Shown: in pieces, positions 44,906 through 49,325 of the stretch
How the letters are laid out: each line of letters starts with the position of its first letter
Numbering within the stretch: position 1 is the first letter of the stretch
Virus record (IMG/VR): IMGVR_UViG_3300044646_000320
Span: 1 to 49,325 of that record
Source: a virus
Taxonomy: Duplodnaviria > Caudoviricetes
DNA length: 49,325 bases
Direction: 5' to 3' (one strand)
Notes under the pieces: generated by a model
Database searches by the model: none
What the model was told of the DNA's origin: nothing
Seen by the model: only the letters and a program-made list of their open reading frames with translations
Program-made: the position numbers and the translations under genes

Positions 44906-46693
44906 GTGCTGATAGAACGCAAAGTTCGCGGCGAGGCACAGAGACTGGGAACCGGACAGCACAAGGTAGTCTGCCCATCCTGTGGCCCTGAGCGCCGCAA
45001 GAAGGGAGAGCGTAGCCTCTCCCTGCAAATCGAGTCCGACAGGGCACTCTTCAAGTGCTGGCACTGTGGACAGCAGGGGATTGTCCCCTTGGAGCAGAGA
45101 ACACATCAGGTCAGGAGAAGCGACATGAACGCAGTTGCCAAGGGCAATTGGGAAGGACTGTCAGAGAAGTCTCTGGAGTGGCTTAAGAGCCGTGGCATTT
45201 CCCCTTCGACGGCAGGGAAACTCGGATTGAAGACGACGAGATCCTACATCAGGGCCATGAACGCAGAGGTCGAGTGTGTCGTCTTCCCTTACTTCAACAA
45301 CGGATATGAGTACGCGGCGAAGGTCAGGGCGATTATCGACAAGGGCTTCTCGTGCAACGGTTCTCCTCAGACATTCTTCAACATTCACAACGTTGAACCG
45401 AGCGACTGGTTGATCATCACCGAAGGGGAGATCGACGCAGCAACGCTGGTTGAGGCTGGGTACACCAGCTCTGTGTCGATCCCCAACGGCGCTCCCATGA
45501 AGGTCGTTGATGGCGCGGTGGACCCGTCCGAGGATGGTAAGTTCAGGTTCGTGTGGGATGCCAAGAAGCAGATCGATCTCGCGGAAAGGGTTGTCATCGC
45601 GACAGACGCAGATGGCCCCGGCATGGCGGCGGCAGAAGAGATCGCAAGGCGCATCGGTAAAGACAGGTGCTGGAGGGTGGAGTACCCTGAGGGCTGCAAG
45701 GATGCGAACGATGTCTGGCTGAAGCATGGTCAGGAGGGCATCGACAAGCTGATCTCCGAGTGCAAGCCATGGCCGATCTCTGGACTGTACGATTCATCTC
45801 ATTTTTTCAATCAGTTAGACGAGATATATGAAAAGGGAGTGGGTAGAGGAGAAAGCACAGGATACCAATCAATCGATGAGATATACACAATAGCACCGGG
45901 CCAGTTGACGATTGTTACAGGTCAACCATCTTCAGGAAAGTCAGAGTTTGTAGATCAATTGATGATCAATCTAGCGAGGGAGAGGGGATGGCGACACGCT
46001 GTCTGCTCCTTCGAAAACGAGCCGAGGCTCCACATCGCGAAGCTGATCAGTAAGTACCTTCGCAAGCCATTCTTCGACGGCATCACTCCGAGGATGAGCA
46101 AGAACGAGTTGGAAGTCGGAAAGCAATTTGTTCAATCGAACTTCTCGTTCCTCTATCAGGCTGATGGTAGCCTTGCATCTCTCGACAGTATCTTGGAGCG
46201 GCTGAGGATTGCAGTCATGAGGCACGGCATCAGGGGTGCCGTCATCGATCCCTACAACTACATCGCGAAGAACAAGGACGCATCGGAGACTGACTGGATT
46301 TCCACGATGCTCTCTCAGGTTCGTCTCTTCGCTCAGGCTCACGACGTTCATGTCTGGTTCGTGGCACACCCGACGAAGATGATCAGGTCCGCTGATGGAA
46401 AGCTACCAGTCCCGAACGGCAACGACATCTCAGGTTCGGCAGCTTGGTGGGCGAAGGCAGACTGCGGCATCACTGTGCATCGGCCAGACCCGGTTCACTC
46501 GCCAGTTTCCGAGATCCATTCTTGGAAGTGCAGGTTCTCTTGGATCGGCAGACAGGGTAAAGCTCAGCTTGTCTACAACACAACCTCATCGACATACAGC
46601 GAGACATCCGAAGACCCGTTCGCAGATCTTCAGATCGGTTCAGGGGTGAAGGCTGTTGACGATGAAGAAGAGGAAGAAGGATTACCATTTTGA
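44906..46693 (+). CDS. Bifunctional primase-helicase (T7 gp4/Twinkle-like)
   Basis: CPSC...CWHC Zn finger; TOPRIM ITEGEIDA...D.D..G...KDAND; Walker A GQPSSGKS; VIDPYN; VAHP.K; ISGS. Confidence 0.93.
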   Translation: MLIERKVRGEAQRLGTGQHKVVCPSCGPERRKKGERSLSLQIESDRALFKCWHCGQQGIVPLEQRTHQVRRSDMNAVAKGNWEGLSEKSLEWLKSRGISPSTAGKLGLKTTRSYIRAMNAEVECVVFPYFNNGYEYAAKVRAIIDKGFSCNGSPQTFFNIHNVEPSDWLIITEGEIDAATLVEAGYTSSVSIPNGAPMKVVDGAVDPSEDGKFRFVWDAKKQIDLAERVVIATDADGPGMAAAEEIARRIGKDRCWRVEYPEGCKDANDVWLKHGQEGIDKLISECKPWPISGLYDSSHFFNQLDEIYEKGVGRGESTGYQSIDEIYTIAPGQLTIVTGQPSSGKSEFVDQLMINLARERGWRHAVCSFENEPRLHIAKLISKYLRKPFFDGITPRMSKNELEVGKQFVQSNFSFLYQADGSLASLDSILERLRIAVMRHGIRGAVIDPYNYIAKNKDASETDWISTMLSQVRLFAQAHDVHVWFVAHPTKMIRSADGKLPVPNGNDISGSAAWWAKADCGITVHRPDPVHSPVSEIHSWKCRFSWIGRQGKAQLVYNTTSSTYSETSEDPFADLQIGSGVKAVDDEEEEEGLPF

Positions 46694-47058
46694 ACGAGCA
46701 GATCGACTTGGAAGACTGGCTTGCAGAGAAGACTGGTCAGCGCAGGCCGTCACCTGAAAGGGTCAAGGTTCTCTATGACGCCATCAAGATCACTGGGGTT
46801 GATCGAGAGGCCCAGTATGGCGATGTCGTAAGGAACATGGAGAACGCCGCCATCCTGACTGCCGCTTGGATCAAGGCGAAGTACAAGATCGAAGTACCTC
46901 TGGATGCAGAGGACATGGCGAAGATCATGACGATGGTGAAGGACGTAAGGACGATGCAAGGTGTCACACACAGGGACAATTACATCGATGCAGCAGCTTA
47001 CGAGGCCATTGCGTACGAGTGCCGTGTCGCGAAGGACAAGCGTGGACACAGGGGTTGA
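46690..47058 (+). CDS. DUF6378-like protein (dimeric dUTPase/diphosphohydrolase-type fold suspected)
   Basis: R..QYGD...N....A.....W...D.A..M...K..R......DNYIDAAAY; TTG start overlaps the helicase stop. Confidence 0.65.
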   Translation: MNEQIDLEDWLAEKTGQRRPSPERVKVLYDAIKITGVDREAQYGDVVRNMENAAILTAAWIKAKYKIEVPLDAEDMAKIMTMVKDVRTMQGVTHRDNYIDAAAYEAIAYECRVAKDKRGHRG

Positions 47059-47083
47059 CTTCGCTTGCCCGCGTTCGTATACG
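47055..47083 (+). promoter_or_regulatory. Sigma70-like promoter with no downstream ORF
   Basis: TTGACT-N17-TATACG. Confidence 0.55.
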
Positions 47084-47087
47084 TTCA

Positions 47088-47159
47088 GTAGGTTCTCCGA
47101 CCTGCTTTGAACTTCTGACAAGACTAAAGGGGGGTGTTGATACACCCCCCTATTTTTTT
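47088..47159 (+). ncRNA. Candidate ~70-nt sRNA with an anti-SD loop
   Basis: GTAGGT-TCTCCG-ACCTGC hairpin after the promoter, ending at a terminator. Confidence 0.5.
47129..47159 (+). terminator. Rho-independent terminator between convergent units
   Basis: GGGGGGTGT-TGAT-ACACCCCCC followed by TATTTTTTT. Confidence 0.85.
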
Positions 47160-47400
47160 AGTGCATGCTGGATCTGTTGATAGCAATCTCACCAGTCTCG
47201 CTGTTAATGGTAGCGCCATTCTCTTCGAGAAGGTGAAGTGTGTACGAGATGATGTGAGGTGTGAACTCAACCATTCCATACTTAAGGAGTATAGAGGCAA
47301 GAATTATCCCAGCATCACCGGGATACATTTCTTTTGGAAGTTAATCCAGAATCTTTGTTAATTGTTTTTTTGTCATTTGTTCTGGTTTTTTTTTAGACAT
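47158..47400 (-). pseudogene. 80-codon gene interrupted by an in-frame TAA at codon 20
   Basis: GGAGA RBS; start overlaps the upstream gene end; MSKKKPEQMTKKQLTKILD*LPKEMYPGDAGIILASILLKYGMVEFTPHIISYTLHLLEENGATINSETGEIAINRSSMH*. Confidence 0.6.
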
Positions 47401-47815
47401 GTGTTTCTTCTCCGACTGTTCTGAAGACATCATTTCTGTAGGTCTTGATCCTTACAAGCTCCTTCCTAGCAACAAGTCGAGTGACTAGATGCCTTGTCAC
47501 TTGACGGGATAGGCCTATCAAATGTGCAACCTGTGCAACTGTCATTTCTCTCTGTCGAATAAGCTTCAGGATCAGGTGGTCTGTATCGTTATTCTCTCTT
47601 CCTTTCGTAAGGTCTGTCTTTCTGTTGTTGTCTGGAATCTTTGCTTCACCAAGTGGTGGAGTGTACCTTCCTTCCTTTGGCGGAAGTTTCACTTCCCTGA
47701 ACTGATTGATCTCCTCTTCTCTCTTCGCATGTATGACTCTGGCAATGTCCTCCTCAAACTTTTTTGCCAGAGCTGGATTGATGTTGTACGCAGGAACGAT
47801 GATCGACACGGTCAT
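47393..47815 (-). CDS. Protein with a C-terminal winged HTH
   Basis: ILKLIRQREMTVAQVAHLIGLSRQVTRHLVTRLVARKELVR. Confidence 0.65.
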   Translation of the reverse strand: MTVSIIVPAYNINPALAKKFEEDIARVIHAKREEEINQFREVKLPPKEGRYTPPLGEAKIPDNNRKTDLTKGRENNDTDHLILKLIRQREMTVAQVAHLIGLSRQVTRHLVTRLVARKELVRIKTYRNDVFRTVGEETHV

Positions 47816-48093
47816 TGCTTGTCTCCCTTCAGCTCTGCGAGGGCAGCGCGGGCGATGTCATAGGGATCGTCGGCATACGGGGCCTTTCCAGCGATCTGGT
47901 AGAGCGCCTTCTCGGCCTTCCGCATTTTTCCCTCCAGCCACACCGAATATGCCTCGGCCTCCTTCGCATCCAAGCGTGCTGCTTCTAGCTGCTCGGTCAG
48001 GGCTTCGATGCGGTCGGCTGCTTTCTCGCCATCACGTTGTTGAAGATTGCAACCATCACGCAGCCGCTTCACCAGATCGTTGTCGTCGGTCAT
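47812..48093 (-). CDS. Small early-type hypothetical protein
   Basis: DLVKRLR...AADRIEAL...ARAALAELKG; ATGA coupling. Confidence 0.7.
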   Translation of the reverse strand: MTDDNDLVKRLRDGCNLQQRDGEKAADRIEALTEQLEAARLDAKEAEAYSVWLEGKMRKAEKALYQIAGKAPYADDPYDIARAALAELKGDKQ

Positions 48094-48314
48094 CCCTTCT
48101 CTCCCTCAATCTCGGCCAACGTGGCGCGGGCGGCGTCTCCACACTCACAGCCAAAAGCATCTGCAATCTCCCGCAGCCCCTCCACCGCCTTCGCCAGCTT
48201 GGCCTCCAGCGCCTCGATCCGAGCCTTCGCCCTGTCGCGCGCCTCCGCTGCCCCCGCCATCCACGCAATCGTCAGGTCGCAGTCCTCGCCCAATGGGCAT
48301 TGCTTCTTGGTCAT
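48090..48314 (-). CDS. Small early-type hypothetical protein
   Basis: RIEALEAKLAKAVEGLREIA...ARATLAEIEG; ATGA coupling. Confidence 0.7.
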   Translation of the reverse strand: MTKKQCPLGEDCDLTIAWMAGAAEARDRAKARIEALEAKLAKAVEGLREIADAFGCECGDAARATLAEIEGEKG

Positions 48315-48526
48315 TGCACTATCTCCTTCTCATACTCGCGCAGGTCTACGCTATACCACTTGCCGTCGAAGCACGGCCCACAGACACAGGACACAGCTTC
48401 ATCTGGCTCGCACTCCCCGTCAGCGCCCAGCCAGTTCGTGATCGGCACCTCCTGCCCATCAGAGAGGATGGCAATGCCACGCTTGCGGTGGATCATCTGC
48501 ACCTCAAGGTCGATGTGGTCTGTCAT
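48311..48526 (-). CDS. Small acidic hypothetical protein
   Basis: 71 aa, ATGA coupling. Confidence 0.65.
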   Translation of the reverse strand: MTDHIDLEVQMIHRKRGIAILSDGQEVPITNWLGADGECEPDEAVSCVCGPCFDGKWYSVDLREYEKEIVQ

Positions 48527-48864
48527 CCCTTCATCTCCTCAATGAACTGCGCGGGGTCTAGGGCGCGGATGCTTTGTGCAAGGCGGTGAGCATGATGGGC
48601 ATATTCTGTCCAATCTGCTCGGTCGTGGTCTGGGTGAGGTCCGATGTGCGCCGCCGCCCCCTCCAACGCCCGCTTGATCGCAGCCTCCACCAGATCGGCG
48701 CGCTCACGCTCCAGCATCTCGACCCGCTGTTGCAGTGGCTTGATGTGGGTGTCGTAGATATGCTCGATGATGAGCGCGATCTTCTGCGCGATGGCATCCT
48801 CGATCACGCTGTCACGGATCAGGCCGCGCGCTAGCTCGCGCATCTGTGCGTGCTTGTCGGTCAT
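48523..48864 (-). CDS. Hypothetical protein
   Basis: 113 aa; ALEGAA...A..IRAL motif; ATGA coupling. Confidence 0.65.
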   Translation of the reverse strand: MTDKHAQMRELARGLIRDSVIEDAIAQKIALIIEHIYDTHIKPLQQRVEMLERERADLVEAAIKRALEGAAAHIGPHPDHDRADWTEYAHHAHRLAQSIRALDPAQFIEEMKG

Positions 48865-49031
48865 TTCAAATCACCCCTCGAAGCTTTGACAAAGAAGAAG
48901 ATCGCACCCCAAACCCACGCCGCCAACATCGCCGTCCCAAACCCCGCCGTCCCCCAGAGGATCGACGGGATCGTGAAGTAGATGACGACCAGCCCGAAGA
49001 TGATGCTCGTCAGCTTGATGTCCTCGGTCAC
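48861..49031 (-). CDS. Small two-TM membrane protein (56 aa; not in the ORF track)
   Basis: GTG start after GGAGG; MTEDIKLTSIIFGLVVIYFTIPSILWGTAGFGTAMLAAWVWGAIFFFVKASRGDLK; 4-nt overlaps on both sides. Confidence 0.65.
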   Translation of the reverse strand: MTEDIKLTSIIFGLVVIYFTIPSILWGTAGFGTAMLAAWVWGAIFFFVKASRGDLK

Positions 49032-49108
49032 AGTTTACCCTCCCTCATCTTCCTGAACACAATCTTGAAAGCCTCTGTCACGGCCCGCTCTACTTGGTCC
49101 TCGGTCAT
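49028..49108 (-). CDS. 26-aa microprotein (not in the ORF track)
   Basis: AAGGAG RBS; MTEDQVERAVTEAFKIVFRKMREGKL; ATGA and GTGA overlaps with both neighbours. Confidence 0.55.
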   Translation of the reverse strand: MTEDQVERAVTEAFKIVFRKMREGKL

Positions 49109-49323
49109 TTCGACATCTCCTTCCTGTAGCACTCGACCTCGACATCGTTGCGGAAGTCTTGGATCTCCTCACGCACCACCTCGTCCGAGTAGTAACGAGG
49201 GCTCTCGTAGGCCAGCAGCACGATCTCCTTCAGGATCGGCAGATCAGTAACCTCGAGCATGTCCGACAGCGGAATCCCCGCCTGCCGGTTGTCCATGATC
49301 TGACCAGCCACGATCCCCAGCAC
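49105..49323 (-). CDS. Hypothetical protein, N-terminally truncated by the window edge
   Basis: A..IM..RQ.G.P...M...IV..AY..PRY......I..F.N.....C pattern. Confidence 0.6.
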   Translation of the reverse strand: MLGIVAGQIMDNRQAGIPLSDMLEVTDLPILKEIVLLAYESPRYYSDEVVREEIQDFRNDVEVECYRKEMSK

Positions 49324-49325
49324 CT

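Noticed and set aside
47060-47130. Possible tRNA in the intergenic gap
   Set aside because: No cloverleaf, T-loop consensus or CCA end; better explained as a hairpin sRNA.
47341-47343. Genome-wide stop-codon reassignment
   Set aside because: TAA, TAG and TGA all terminate well-defined genes elsewhere, and no suppressor tRNA is visible; this is a single local event.
47134-47361. 75-aa plus-strand ORF
   Set aside because: It starts inside the terminator hairpin and is antisense to the better-supported interrupted gene.

Overview
This window is about 49 kb of a tailed dsDNA phage genome with podovirus-like architecture (no tape-measure or sheath genes; large internal/ejection proteins). The host is probably an alphaproteobacterium, inferred from a GcrA-like HTH gene and the promoter style. 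Bases 1-40455 are a rightward morphogenesis arm: portal, GroES-like co-chaperonin, scaffold, Mu gpT-like major capsid, small basic proteins, adaptor and tail proteins, AT-rich fibres, a lysis cassette, three internal virion proteins and a 2938-aa polyvalent protein. Bases 40439-44331 are a leftward recombination/regulation block. RusA, a T7 gp4-like primase-helicase and a DUF6378-like gene follow rightward, then a leftward string of small early-type genes. No terminase, DNA polymerase, integrase, tRNA or CRISPR array is visible. The strongest observation is in the 852-aa internal protein (27342-29900): two unrelated repeat arrays whose unit types, including irregular half-units, match in exact mirror order around a central core, suggesting a self-registering strand-on-helix hairpin about 50 nm long. 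Other highlights are a gene overprinted in the endolysin, R-x-S-x-V-P motifs at polyvalent-protein domain boundaries, two anti-Shine-Dalgarno sRNA candidates, a pseudoknot downstream of the capsid gene, a fibre gene split mid-repeat, and a TCTAGA-rich origin candidate inside rusA. All product calls come from motif recognition and gene context; no database search was run.
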